Positions 1-12,939 of a stretch of DNA of 64,000 nucleotides are shown piece after piece (position 1 is the first letter of the stretch; each line of letters opens with the position of its first letter). A program made the position numbers and the translations under genes. The stretch lies in NCBI GenBank assembly GCA_963514005.1, contig OY740786.1, positions 87,606,001 through 87,670,000 of the forward strand, given 5' to 3'. A model generated the notes under the pieces. The model was not told the origin of the DNA and ran no database searches. It worked only from the letters and a program-made list of their open reading frames with translations. The stretch comes from Raja brachyura (Eukaryota).

Positions 1-59
1 ATGGAGTGAAGGAAATAGGCAAAGTTTCGGGCCGAAACCCTTCTTCAGACTGATCAGTC

Positions 60-1025
60 AATTCTGATTAAGTTTTTTGAAGAAGTAACCAAAATGTCAA
101 ATGAGGGCAAAGATGTGAATGTTGTCTATATGGACACCAGCAAGGCATTTGACCAGGTTCCACATAGTAGGCTGCTCTGGAAGGTTATAATTCGGGGAGA
201 TTTGGCTTCGTGGAAGGAAACAGAGTATTATGGTAGAAAGTTGCTTTTTGGATTTGTGGCCTGTGACTAGTGATGTGACTCAGGGTTCGGTGTTGGGGCC
301 ATTGCTGTTTATGCTTTATATCAATAATTAGGATGAGAATGTACAAGGCCTGTTTAGTATGTTTGCAGATGACACTAAAGTGGGTGATGTCACAGAAAAC
401 GAAGATCGGTATCGAAAATTACAGGATCAGTTGAGCAAATCAGGTTCAGTTGAGCAAATGGATTGACGAATCGTTAATGGAGTTTAATGCAGATAAGTGC
501 AAGATTTTGAAATTTGGAAGTCAAAGCAGGGCAGAACCTTCTCAGTGAATGGGAAAGCCCAGAGATCTAGGAGTGCGGGTAAACAGTTCCCTGAAAGTGT
601 CATCACAGGTAGATAGGATGGTCAAGAAGGCTTTTGATACAAAGGTAGACAAAAGTGCTGGAGAAACTCAGCGAATGAGGTAGCATCTAGGGAGCGAAGG
701 AAATAGGCAACGTTTCAGTCCGAAACCCTTCTTCAGACTGATCAGGCAAGATATTGAGTATAAAAAGTTGGGATGTTATGTTGCATTTGTACAAGACATT
801 GGTGAGCCTTCATTTGGAATATTGTTCAATTTTGTTCATCCTGCAATAGGAAGGATGTCAGTAAACTGGAAACAGTACAGAGAAGATTTATGAGGATTTT
901 GCCAAGACTTGAGGACCCGATCTAGGGGGATATGGGCCAAACGCTGGCAGGTGGGACTAGTCTAGACACTGCATGGGTGTGGACTGGAGTGACTGTCTCC
1001 AGTCTAATGGCTCTATGACTCTAAA
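60..1025 (+). mobile_element. decayed CR1 LINE RT/3' fragment
   Basis: Degenerate KAFD, PQGSVLGP and FADDTK coding remnants; CR1-like tail; interrupted by a Penelope-derived unit at ~640-745. Confidence 0.75.
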
Positions 1026-2234
1026 ACTAGAACATAATGACCTAACTTGCTGTATATATTCAATTCCCTGTCTGATGAAGCCCAGTGTGCGATAAGCCTT
1101 CTTCATCACCCTACATACCTGTGACACCATTTTCCAGGAACTATGTATTTGTACAACTAAATTCATGTACTCGCCGCCTACTCCCTTTCCTGGTGACCCA
1201 TCTACTTTCTACCTCTGCCTTGGGAGTGACCACCGCACTATCGCTCCTTTCTATAATGCTCCCATTCTCCTGGTGAATCCTAACATCATCCAACTGTAGT
1301 CTCAGCTCCTTCACAAGGTAAGTCACCTGGACTTAATAGTGTAGTCCTCAGGGACATTGGGAGTTTCCCTAATTTCCCACAATCTGCAGGGCGAGCATAC
1401 CAACCAGTGCCCCAACTGTTATCCCCACTGCTCTAAGACGAAGGAAGAGTTTCAAAACAAAAAACCTTGCTTTAACTATCACCCTATGTTCAGCCTCCTG
1501 GCCGAAGACTCTTGAACCCAAACTTCAGCAGCCTCACACACAGCCCTTTGCCTCTACACAGCCATTCCCAAAATGGCCGCTCCCAAAAGTCCACTCTGCT
1601 CTGCCTTCCTTCCTTTTATACACCAGCAGCAGTCACTCTGGTTCATTAACGGTTACATTCAAAATCTCCCTTGCTGCTCCTCCTCTCAGCTGTTCTCAGT
1701 AAAATGATAAGGGGAAAAAAAAAGTTGCTTTCCTTTGTCCCTTGACTTCAGTAATAATTTATAAGACACTGTCTGATTGCTGCCATGAGTTATAATTTTG
1801 TTGAGGACATTAACTGATGCTTCGATAGTGAGCCGTGCTGGACACCTCCATGCCAGAAACCCTTCTACGAGGTAACGAGGCAGAAGAGGCCGCATGAGGC
1901 ACCAAACTTTCAGAAGCAGAATGTAAGACCCCACTGCCAGGTTTGCCCAAGCAGCCTGTGATAATTCGTTAAAGTGAAAGTTTCTAAATGTCTTTGTTAT
2001 TCAAACATGAGTTTACATATAAAGCACTGGGTGAGAAGCTGAGAGGCTAAAACTAAGCTGCATTAAATAGCACCGTATATTAAGTTATTCAGCCATCTCT
2101 CTTGGCAGTGCCTGATGCTGATACTGGATTTCCAGTCAATGTAAGCAAGCAAGCTTTGAATTGAAAAAAAAAGTTCTATTCACCAGAATAATAACCATCA
2201 ACTTTAATCTTATTTATGACGTGATATCGCATAG

Positions 2235-2388
2235 GTGCGTTACGTAAATGGGTTGAGATAAATCATGATTTGCCGGGCCGCATTGTGGTTTATCGTGATG
2301 GTGTAGGAGATGGGCAACTAATGACACTGGTGGACTATGAAGTGCCCCAAATACTTGACAGCTTCAAGGAAGTTAACTCAGATTACAG
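2235..2388 (+). CDS. piwil4: PIWI-clade Argonaute (PIWIL4-like), internal exon, PIWI domain
   Basis: AG/GT-bounded 154-bp exon encoding [50 protein letters not shown] ([10 protein letters not shown] motif). Upstream exons lie outside the window. Paralog call is from recalled diagnostic residues. Confidence 0.9.
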
Positions 2389-2479
2389 GTAAGGCTGCAT
2401 TACTGCATCTTCTGCAACTACTGCATTACTTGAACAATGAGCTCACTAATTAACAGAAGTCAGTCACTGAAAGAAAATG

Positions 2480-3310
2480 ATCAGGTTCGTAAGCAGTAAT
2501 AAAGGCAGATGGTATGTTGCCCATCATAACAAAGGAATTAGAGTACAGGAGCTAGAATGTGTTGCGAAGACCACACCTGGGGTATTTTGTGACGTTTTGG
2601 GCTTGTCCAAGGATAAACCTGGCAGGTAACTGAATCATCCTACCACACCCAGAGACCAGTGCTGAACTACTATCTACCACTTTGAAGACCCTCGGGCTAT
2701 CCTTGATTGGACTTTCTGGCTGTACCTTGCACTAAACGTTAGCAATGTATCTATACACTGTAAAAGGATTGATTGTAATCATGTATTGCATTTCTGCTGA
2801 CTTGTTAGCACGCAACAAAAAGCTTTTCATTGTACCTCGGTACAGGTGACAATTAACTAAACTCTACCGAACTGAGAATGAGTGTAGCAGAGGCTCGTCT
2901 AAATGGTTTCTTATCATGACAGAACTATATAAGTAAAGATTAGGTCAATTAGGTTTGTACTCACTGGAATTAAGAAAAATGAGTGAGGCTCTAATTGAAG
3001 CTTCCAAAATTCTGACAGGATTAGGCAGGCTGGGTGTGGGGAGAGTGTTCTGCTTGGGCCCACAGATTACAGGGCAAGAGTTTTAAGACTGAGATGAGGA
3101 TACATTTCTTAATTCAGAGGATGTGAATCTGTGATTTAAAAAAATATATTATTGCAGAGGCCAAGTGACTAAATCTCTTTAAGAACGAGATAGATAAATT
3201 TCAGATGCCAAAGGTATTAACGAGAGGAGAGTGTGGGAATATTGTGAGATGCCTCTCAGCCATGATTATACTGAATGGCAGAAGGCCTGAATGGCCCAAT
3301 GCTCCATTTT
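2480..3310 (+). mobile_element. decayed CR1 3' fragment with an inserted LINE 3' tail (~2615-2865), intronic
   Basis: aaggcagatggtatgttg..., gactgagatgagga and ggcctgaatggcc resemble the intact CR1 copies later in the window. Confidence 0.65.
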
Positions 3311-3521
3311 TTCTAAACCTGTGTTTATGCACACGTAACACATCATAAGTTCAGTGCACATTTGAGTGGTGCACATTTTTAATTTCCAATAAAATAATAA
3401 TTTGTCACTCTGTTCATGTCATTTGATTTCTAAGTATTTCCAGCATTCTGTGTTTTTAATTCATATTTCCAACATCTGCTGTACTTTGGGTGTGTTTTAA
3501 TGGAAGTCTTGATCTTTTTAG

Positions 3522-3647
3522 CCCCAAAGTTACCATCATTGTAGTTCGGAAGAAAGGGACCTGTCGATTCTTTGCTGACACGAATGGAATGCTTCAAAAT
3601 CCACCAGTCGGAACCCTGATTGACAGTGAAGTGACTCGTCCTGAATG
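3522..3647 (+). CDS. piwil4: PIWIL4-like internal exon
   Basis: AG/GT-bounded 126-bp exon, phase-compatible: PKVTIIVVRKKGTCRFFADTNGMLQNPPVGTLIDSEVTRPEW. Confidence 0.9.
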
Positions 3648-4169
3648 GTTTGTGAGAGTATAAATGAGCGGAGTCATTTCCACATCACATTGGCATTAAT
3701 TGAAAAGTGCTGGAGGCAATCACCCTGGCTGAGTCACTAAAGTCTGACTTGGCTGCAGTTTTTGAGAGGTTTGGTTGGAAGCACAGGCCAGCCAGGGATC
3801 AGTGCTCTGCAGATACAAATCCATGCAGGCCTGCAGCTGTAGTTTGGGGGGGACTTCCCACAAATTGTAATACCCAGTTCCCTCTCCCTGAGCAACTAAT
3901 CTGCTTCATCCCTCTCTCTATAATCTACAACCTTGCCCCTTTGTGCTTCCAGCCTCTAATAATGGCCATCTTGAGTGACTGAACCAGATTTTTTACCATA
4001 TGCAGATGGAAATCTCTTTGCTGTCATGACCTTGTCAGAGGCCAATGGAAGTTTTGGCCCTTTTACGCTGAATGTTACCTCTAAAGCCAATAAGGTATCC
4101 TCGTATATTAATAGCCGACTGATCACGATATAATGAGATTGACTTTATTTTGTTTGGTGATATTCATAG

Positions 4170-4317
4170 GTATGACTTTTTCCTAATCAGTCAGTGTGCA
4201 CGTCAAGGTACAGTTTCCCCCACGTACTACAATGTCGTTTACGACAACAGTCGCATGAAGCCAGATCACACACAACGGTTGACGTACAAGTTGTGTCACC
4301 TTTATTACAATTGGCCT
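4170..4317 (+). CDS. piwil4: PIWIL4-like penultimate exon
   Basis: 148-bp exon ending before gtaagt: [49 protein letters not shown]. Confidence 0.92.
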
Positions 4318-5755
4318 GTAAGTCAAAATTTTCATCACAATGATTTTTAGTTTAGAGCTGGTTTTGTCACCTCTTCAACATCAATAAAATAATTCAATAA
4401 TTGTTTTTTGTTAAACTTACCATTGTCTCGCTTTTCAGAGGTGGAATCAGTTGGCCGGTGTAAATTAATCGGCTGTGTGATGCACTCTTCGTGAAAAGAA
4501 GCTAATCAAAAGAGAACTTGATGCTAGAGTTGAACTTAAAATAGAAAGCAGTATTTGAATTTGAATTTCTAAACATTTTACTATCTTCAACTGCTCATTT
4601 AACTAAATTTGAATTTAGGGAATAATGCTTTATGTGTTGTGCCAGTTTAATATAATTTAGACTTTGAGCAGATTCACTTGCTTCCTCAGAAGAAATTTAT
4701 TTTTTATAAATATAGTGAAAAATTCAAGTTATATTAAAATATTGTTGTCAGTTTTAATCTAGATGCTCCATTTGATCATTGTTGAATATACATCCATAAT
4801 TCATTAATATTACAACATTTGGTAGCCATGTCCCATTTTTCCTTGATAAATAATTTGATAGTTTATAAATTCATACATTTAGAAGCTGTTTCTAACAATT
4901 CTTTATATGGAATTTTCGGCAATCATAAACATTTGTGGATTGAAAATATTATCTTTCTCTCCTTCCAAAAATGACTCAACTAAAAATAGTAAAAGTGAGA
5001 AATGCATGTTAAATAATGATTAATCCTGCACTATTAATTACAAAGTTTACAAAGTCCTGGCTGAGCCGCTGACATCTTCCATGAGGTGCACCAGCGAGCC
5101 CTTCTTCACCAGTAGCTGCACCATCCTGTTGATGCGGCAGTTGTTGCGGCTCACATTGTAGTCCCTGACCCACAGTGCTTTCTTCTTCGACATCTAGTTT
5201 TCAAGTGATCCTGACTTGCGTACGATCTGACTTACGCAAGGGTTTACTAAATGTAATCTTTACGCAAGTCGGGGAGCCTCTGCATTTTCTTCTGTAAAAT
5301 GCCACGGTGAGAAAGGATTTCTGTGGATTTAGTCTTATTTCTATCAATGTGTAATAAACACTTTTTAGTTAATAACAGAAATCATCTATGACATTGAAAA
5401 CTAAAACAGATGGGATTTTATTTTTATAGCACAAAAAATGGCATCCCATTTAATTTCATGAAAAGTAGGATCTTGTGACGTGCATGTGCTGCAACTTATC
5501 TTTCTTCAATATTGAATAGAATGTCCCTTCTGTGCCTTATTAGAAAACTCCATCTGCCAGTTGTACAGTTGCTACCATCTTGTGACCCTTATAATGAAAC
5601 TATCTTGAACAGTGTATGATTACCATGAAGTCATCAAGTGCTCAACTCGCTTCTCACTAAAATTCATGTAATTGACTTAATTTATGTTCTCAGTAGGTAA
5701 TTTTGGAAATACAATGATATTCAGGAATACCTATATTTGTATTGCCTTGTTGCAG

Positions 5756-5872
5756 GGTGTGATACGTGTTCCTGCTCCATGTCAATATGCGTGCAAGCTG
5801 ACAAGATTGGTGGCTGAAAACATTCACAGAGAACCCGACCTCGAGTTGGCTGATCGCCTCTTCTTCCTGTGA
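5756..5872 (+). CDS. piwil4: PIWIL4-like last coding exon
   Basis: tgcag acceptor, then [38 protein letters not shown]-stop, the typical PIWI C-terminus. Confidence 0.92.
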   Translation, partial: GVIRVPAPCQYACKLTRLVAENIHREPDLELADRLFFL

Positions 5873-6145
5873 ATCCGGAAACCAGGCAGTTGGTGAACTT
5901 TCTTTCTGAAAAAAACAAAAATGTTATGCGTGTTCAGTTGTTTTTGACATCCGCAATAATCTCTGCTTTAGGAAGTCTCCAAGTAAACTATATTAGTGAT
6001 TTTAGATTTGCTCTAAAAGCATAATTTACATTTACATGAAAAATATTCCTGTTACGCGTTTGTTGGTCTTTCTATAGATCTTTGAGAAAAGAAAGTTATA
6101 TTTCTTAGTGTGGCAATGGTCAGCCTTAAACATTGCCTAAAAGAT

Positions 6146-6151
6146 AATAAA
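6146..6151 (+). terminator. candidate polyadenylation signal of the PIWI gene
   Basis: First AATAAA ~270 bp after the stop codon, with T/GT-rich sequence downstream. Confidence 0.4.
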
Positions 6152-7049
6152 TAAGCACACAAGAATGTGCTGTAATTTAGGTTGCATTTTTTATTCAGGT
6201 GGATTGTTCTGTACATCTTTTCTAAAAGCAAAATAATATTTTGAATACTTTGTATTGTTGCTTTTGAATACCTTAATCTAAAATTATAATAATTTGATAA
6301 TTATGTTATAATCAGTAAACTAATCGTAAGGCTGGTGAAAGTACAGAACTCTCATTAGAGTATTAATCTGTTACAGTAGATTATTCCTTAGTCCTTTCAT
6401 TTCCAAACTGTTTAGTTAACTTGATTTGTACTTTTTGATGGGTTTTTCATATTGCATATTTTACAATTATTGCTCAGAAATTATATTTCATATCTAAGTC
6501 CACTATTCAAAGGTATTAAAAAGCTGATACATTATGTTAATTAAAGGATTACTTTACAAGTATGTGCATTTTTGGTGATGGGTCATTTTTTCCATAAACT
6601 AGACCTACCGTAATTCAGTGTTATGTTGACTGAATTGTCGTGCTCCTTGAGGCAAGATGTTGAGCTCTGTACTACCAAAGGCCTCTAAACAAATGACAGT
6701 ATCAGGTAAGATTTCACCTATCAAAGGAGCCACACAAAAAGGGGACCTGTAAATTAAACACAAGCAAGAATGCAGGGGAGACTGGTGGAAGAATCTCGTT
6801 AACCTCAAAGTACATCAAGTTTTTACACTCTTTAGATACAAAGATAATAGCAGGTGATTAAGTACATCTCTATAGTTAAAATTGCACTGTTTATTTGAAT
6901 GAATTTTTTCACAGAATTAGACATTTGCAACAGGAGTACATCTTAACTGTTAGGACCAACTCTGAATATTCAAAAACAAGTTGACTCAATGTATTTCACA
7001 TTGCTTTTTGAATAGCTTCTGAGGACAATCTTTTTCTATTTTCTACTAT

Positions 7050-10000
7050 CTTTTAAAAAAAAAATTTAAAAAATTATGTTTTTATTAGAAGCAGTGCACA
7101 AAAGTATAAACCGCAGCATATGACATAGTACATTTATTGTTCAGCTTCCATTTTAATTTTAGCAAAGATTAAATAGAAAAAGAGAGAAGAAAGAAAGTGG
7201 AAGAGAAAGTGAATCTGCAAGAATAGAACCCCTAAACTACCAAATGAGTCTAGTCAAAGAGTGATTAAGTAAAAACTTAAAGAAATAAAAAGACAAAAAC
7301 GGAAAAAAGAAAAAGAAAAAAAAAAACGAAAATGTTGACATACCTGCTTCATTTCTCTCCCCACCCATCACCCAGTCTGTAAATCATTTTAATTCCAAAA
7401 TTGTGTTGCACCATACTATCCTTGTAATGAATCAATGGGGTGCGGCTTTTTTCTGTCGTATTCCCCGTCTTCATCTTTGTCTGCACCGAGGCCTAATGGC
7501 GGAGCTGGCGGCCTTGGGCTGTGGCACCGTTCCAGCGCCATCGGAAGCGGCGACCCGACTCGGCCCTGGAGCTGTGGCAGCATTCCAGCTGCAGCGGTGA
7601 CCTGACTCGGCCCTCGAGCTGTGGCGGCAGCAGCGGCGGCAGTGGGAGCGGCGGCAGTGGCAGCAGCGACCCGACTCGGCCTCGGAGCTGTAGCGGCGGC
7701 AGCGGCGACCCGACTAGGCCCAGGAGCTGTAGCGACAGCAGCGGCAGTGGCGACCCGACTAGGCCCAGGAACTGTGCCGGCGGCAGCGGCGGCAGTGGCA
7801 GCAGCAACCCGACCCGGCCTCGGAGCTGTGGCGGCAGCAGCGGCCCGACCGCGACCTCGGCTGCGGGCCCGGTGGACTCAGCCGCAGGTCCAGTGGATGA
7901 CAACGTCAGGAGCTCGCAGGTCACAGGTTGGTGACCTGTTTTTCTGGAGCTCCCGCAACAACAGCTTCGTCCACCAGTCTGGAGGGCGGCAGCTTCCCCA
8001 GCTTCGAGCACCCCGGGCCGCGGAGTTTGAACCGGCCTGTTCGCGGAGCACGGTTGAGCTGCGGGACTTACTTACCATCACCCGGTGGGGTCACAACATC
8101 TGAAGCCTGGATCACCTCGGCGCAGAGGGAAACAAAGAGGGAAGAGACAGAGACTTTAAGACTTTGCCTTCCATCACAGTGAGGAGGTGTTTGATGAACT
8201 CACTGTGGTGGATGTTAAATTTGTGTTTATTGTGTGTTACTGTCATTTCAATTCGAAAGGAATCCATATCTTTGGAAATTGCTCTGATTTTCCTGCTAAG
8301 CCGAGTCTCATATCTTCAAGATGTAGCATCTACTATGCAAGAGTAGTATTTTTCCAAAATTTAAGTATGTTTTTTTGCCATTATCAGGCCATAATTGAGG
8401 AAATGTCTTCGAAATATTGATAGTTCTGGGCAGGCTTCTTCTGTTCCGAAAATAATCAGTTCCGTGTGGGGGGTCCAGTTTTTTTTTTCAATGTTTTTGA
8501 GAAAATTTCAAAGATTCCTTTCCAAAAGTTATGTAGTTTTATGCAAGAGGCAAAGGAGTGTGTTATAGTTGCTTCTTGGAGGAGACATTTGTCACAAATA
8601 GGGGATACATTTGAAAAACTCAGTTTAGTCTTTGAGTAGTATAGTCTGTGCAGTATTTTGTATTGGATTAAAATGTGTCTAACATTAATCGAACAATTAT
8701 GTATATATAAAAGATATTTTTGCCATCTGTCTTTGGAAATCTTTAGGACTAGTTCCTCTTCCCAGTCTCTTCTAATTGTGACTGATGATGGAATTTCTAT
8801 ATTTAGAAGGATATTATACAAGTGTGATGTTAGATTGTTTGACTCTGAGTCTCTATTCATACCTTCGTCTAATTTATCTGGCAGCAGAGTTTGATAATCA
8901 TGGGTATATGTTGATTTTACTTGTCCCTAAATTCGCAAAGTGCTGTGAATAATCGGATTTTTATCAAACATTGTGTTCTTCAACTTTATTGGGGAGAGAA
9001 GAATCGCACCTATATTAAAAGGCGATCCTCTTTCTCCATTGATAACCAGTCGACCTGTTGGCATGCATTATCTAGCCAGTAAATTACATTTTTAGTATTC
9101 GTTGCCCAGTAGTAGTGTAAGAAATTGGGGAGCGCCAATCCGCCCATTTCTTTGGGTTTACATAGATGTCGTTTATGAATTCTACGTGATTTATAGTTTC
9201 AGATGTAATCCGGGAATGAAGATTAAAAAAAAAAAAATTGCTAGGTATATTGATTGAAATAAATAGAGAATTTGTGGGAGGAAGATCATTTTTATGGCAT
9301 TTATTCTGCCTATTAGAGACATCGTAAGTGTTTTCCAGAATCGAATAAGAGCGTTTAATTTAGTAACTAAAGGCGGGAAGTTTGCATTGAATAAAGAAGT
9401 ATATTTTCTGGTTACTTGGACATCCAAATATTTACATTTTTCTGTGGCGATTCCGAAAGGAAATTTTAAAAGGTGTGTCGGCTCTTGAGGTTTTATTGCC
9501 ATAATTTCACTTTTGTTCCAGTTTAATCTGTATCCTGAGAAGGAACCGGATTCCTCTATAAGATTTACTATATTTGGAATACTAACTTGAGAATTGGTGA
9601 TATATAATAATACATCATGTGCATATAATGATATTTTATTATTGGAGTGTTTAGTATTATAGCCGTAAATGTTCGGATGTACTCTTATACTTTCCACTAA
9701 GGGTTCAATCGCAAGGGCAAATAACAGGGGTGATAATGCACAAGCCTGTCTATTGCCCCTGGATAGTTGAAATTTCGGAGAAAGTATGTGGTTGGTCAGT
9801 ATCCTGGCATTTGCCTATCATATAGTAATTTTATCCATGAAATAAAATTCTCTCCCATCTGAAATGTTTGCAATACTGTGAAAAGGTATTTCAATTCTAC
9901 TTGGTCAAATGCTTTTCTGCATCTAATGAAATAATTATTAAGTCTTCTTCTTTAATTCTGTGTGAGTGCATTATGTTAAAAAGGCGTCTCAAATTATTAA

Positions 10001-10930
10001 ATGAATGTCTCTTGGGTATGAACCCCGTTTGATCCGAATGTATTAATTTATTGACGTAGTTACTTAATCTTCTTACCAAAGTTGTCGCTAATATTTTCTG
10101 ATCTGTATTTAGAAAGGCAATTGCTCTGTATGAACTGGGGTCTTCTAGATCTTTATCTTTTTTGGGTATGTGTGAAAGTTTTCAGCTAGTGTTTGTGGTA
10201 ATGTCTGTTCTTTAAATGCATATGTATAAAGCTTGTGTAAACGTGGTGAAATTACCTCATGAAATCTTTAATAACATTCGTTACTAAACCCGTTTGGTCC
10301 AGATGTTTTACCGTTCTTCAGTGAATTAATTGTCTCTTCTATTTCTTTGATTGAAATCTGTACTAATTCCTCTTGTTCCAGCGGATTAAGTGTTGGAAGA
10401 TTACAGTTGTCCAGAAAGTTTATAATTTTTCTGCATTCTGTTGATGTTTTGGATGTGTATACATTTTGATAAAATTGGGCAAATCTTTCGTTAATGTCTT
10501 TGGGAAGCATTAACAATTCACCTTTACCTGATTTGATTTTTAGAATAGTCTGGTCCTTTTCAACTTTTCTCAGCTGACGTGCCAAAAGTTTGTGTGGCTT
10601 GTTGCCAAATTCAAAATTTTCCTGTTTTGTAATTTGAAATAATCTAATAACTCTTGCAGATAAAATTTGGTTTAGTTTAAATTTCAATATTGATATCTTG
10701 TTGTGTTTATCTCTAGTTGGATCTTTCGCGTTTTCTAAATCAAGTTGTCTAATCTGTTCTTCTAGTTGCAATTGTTCCGTCCTATTCTTTTTATTTTGAT
10801 AGGCTTGGTATGAAATGATAGAACCTCTAATAAACGCCTTAAAAGATACCCATAATAGGGAGGTCGAGATGTCTGGGGTATCATTGGTCTAAAACAAAAG
10901 TTCCATCTGTTGTTTTAAATTTTCTACAGA
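7050..10930 (-). mobile_element. 5'-truncated, decayed L1-clade LINE (ORF2 RT and C-terminus)
   Basis: Minus ORFs 10268-10771, 9897-10079 (LIHSDQTGF, SLDAEK), 9191-9697 (SLYAHDVL) and 8456-8860 (CxxC...H...C); A-rich 3' end near 7050. Confidence 0.9.
7440..8240 (+). mobile_element. GC-rich non-coding insertion with internal tandem repeats and a 3' stem-loop, inside the L1 3' end
   Basis: Repeated cgacccgact[c/a]ggcc..ggagctgt..ggcagc units; ccatcacagtgag...ctcactgtggtgg tail shared with ~14740, ~30165 and ~39690. Confidence 0.65.
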
Positions 10931-11130
10931 TTGTGAGTGGGGTCTTTTTGGATACATGAGCACTCTGAGTACACTGTCCAATGCTGTCTTATGTTGTAGG
11001 AAATATAAAAAATTGATATAGTTGTATATACTTATATATAGTTATCCTCTAAGAATATGTGAAAATAATTTGAATATAACATTGATAGTGCAGTGTTTCT
11101 TTGCAGGTGTTTGGGTACATCCTAGTGTCA

Positions 11131-11950
11131 AGGGCCTGTCCCACTTAGGCGACTTTTTAGGCGTGTGCAGGAGATTCTGCGCTTGCCACATGATCGCCAC
11201 ATGTTCGTTGGTGGTCTCTGGTGAGTTTCCTTCATGGTCACGAGGAGTTCCCGTGTTCTGGGAACCAGTCGCGGCCTCAGTATGGTCGCCGCAAATTTTT
11301 CAACATGTTGAAACATTTTCTGCGACCAAAAATTGGTCGCCATGGAGAAAATCAATAATCCTGTAGTCATAGGTACAGTTGTGGTGGGGTCGCCATGTAG
11401 TTATGGGTAGTCAAGGTAGTCGTAGGTAGTTTTAGTTAATCGCCTTTTGTTTGCTGACCGGACATTTTCATTGGCTCATTGGGGGAAAAAAACGTAGGCA
11501 CGAGTTTTCAAAACCAAGGATAATCGACCGGTAATGTTGAATGCCCATCAAACTTCACAGCTGTGTATCTCTGGCTTATTAAAAGTTGTCTGGCTTCTTA
11601 AAAGTCTCTCCATTCCTTCTCCCCCCCCCCCCCCCCCCACTCTTTTAAAGAATGTGCCGTACACTGTGATAGCTGTCTTAACCTTCCTGTTCATCGAGTG
11701 TGTGTCTGTATCACCTTGGCCTTGCACCGTGTGAATTTCAGACAGCGCTCCCCCGCTTTCCCTGGCCCCTGCCTTTGCTTTGTGTGTGTGTGTGTGTGTT
11801 CGTGTGTGTGTGTGTTCGTGTGTGTGTGTGTGTTCGTGTTCGTGTTCCACTCTGACAGTCGCTATTCCAGTTCCTGGTTTTTCAGGCGAGTGCCGCAAAC
11901 TTGACAGTTGCTGGCAGTCGCTGAAAAATTGCCTAAGTGCTACATGCCCT
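11131..11950. mobile_element. PIF/Harbinger-type MITE
   Basis: Imperfect TIRs (agggcctgtcccacttaggc / gcctaagtgctacatgccct), 3-bp TSD TCA on both sides, no transposase. Confidence 0.8.
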
Positions 11951-12170
11951 TCATGACTCTGAACTCTTCTAGATCACCTTCCTGAATAAGAGTCACATTT
12001 CCCGTCATTTCAGCCACCCTGTATTTTAGGGCATGGACTAACCTTGCTGTTGTATTGAGGAGGTAGCTGTGCCATTCACAGTATTTAGCTGTCTTTCACA
12101 CTGACCTGTTGTGGCCTGCATTGCATCCTGGTCTCCTTCATTCTTATCTTCACCCTTTTGGTCCCAGGGC

Positions 12171-12317
12171 GGGGTGGAAGATTGCAACCTTCACGTGGTC
12201 CGCCCTGTTTCAACAAATGCAATCAACCTGGCGTGCACAATCAAATAAGATCAAATAGAACCAGTTGTCCTACAGCTTTAGGCTGTGCACGCCATACAGA
12301 AGAAGAAGAAGAAGAAC
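12171..12317 (+). mobile_element. short non-LTR retroelement 3' end with (GAA)n tail
   Basis: 9-bp TSD tcccagggc (12162-12170 and 12318-12326); inverted repeat ggcgtgcaca...tgtgcacgcc; GAA tail. Confidence 0.7.
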
Positions 12318-12939
12318 TCCCAGGGCCACTTTGGGAGACCATCAGCTATGACTGAGAGTGGTTATGATATGAACAAGGAGCACCAGCAGGCTATCTTAAC
12401 TAGTGTCAGGTTGAGGATCACAGGCACTTGTTTATGTTCTTATGGTGTAATAATAGCAGCATTGTGTAATCACACCCTGGTCTATATGCTAGTTATTGGA
12501 AGCACAAATTAATGGAATGCATTACACCAACAAAGAGATTGTGTTATATCCATTCACTGTCACTTGCAATCCTACTCTTTGGTCTGATTTGTCTGATATC
12601 ACACTTAGTTTACAATCGCTCTGAATTGCCACAGTTAGTTCTCGTAGTTTGAGTTCTTTCCTGTCACCATGGAGTTTTTGTAAAGTCTTTGTCACTCTTT
12701 GCCCTGGAAAGGGTTTTAATGTCACCTCTATCTCACCCAATCTCAATTCCTACCAGTTTAGTTGTGTAAAAAAAAATGTGTTTATGCAAAACATTTGATA
12801 TTAAGTGAATATTACTTCAGCTTATGCCAGACCTTTCATTTTAGGCTTTTGATACTATGAGCAACTATAAAAAAGCAATAATGTGCAGAATTGCAATGAG
12901 CTATAAGAAATAATCAACAATTAACCTCCAGCAAGCATT

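Noticed and set aside
7493-8182. Overlapping Ala/Gly/Ser-rich ORFs
   Set aside because: GC-rich tandem repeat open in several frames on both strands, with no domain signal
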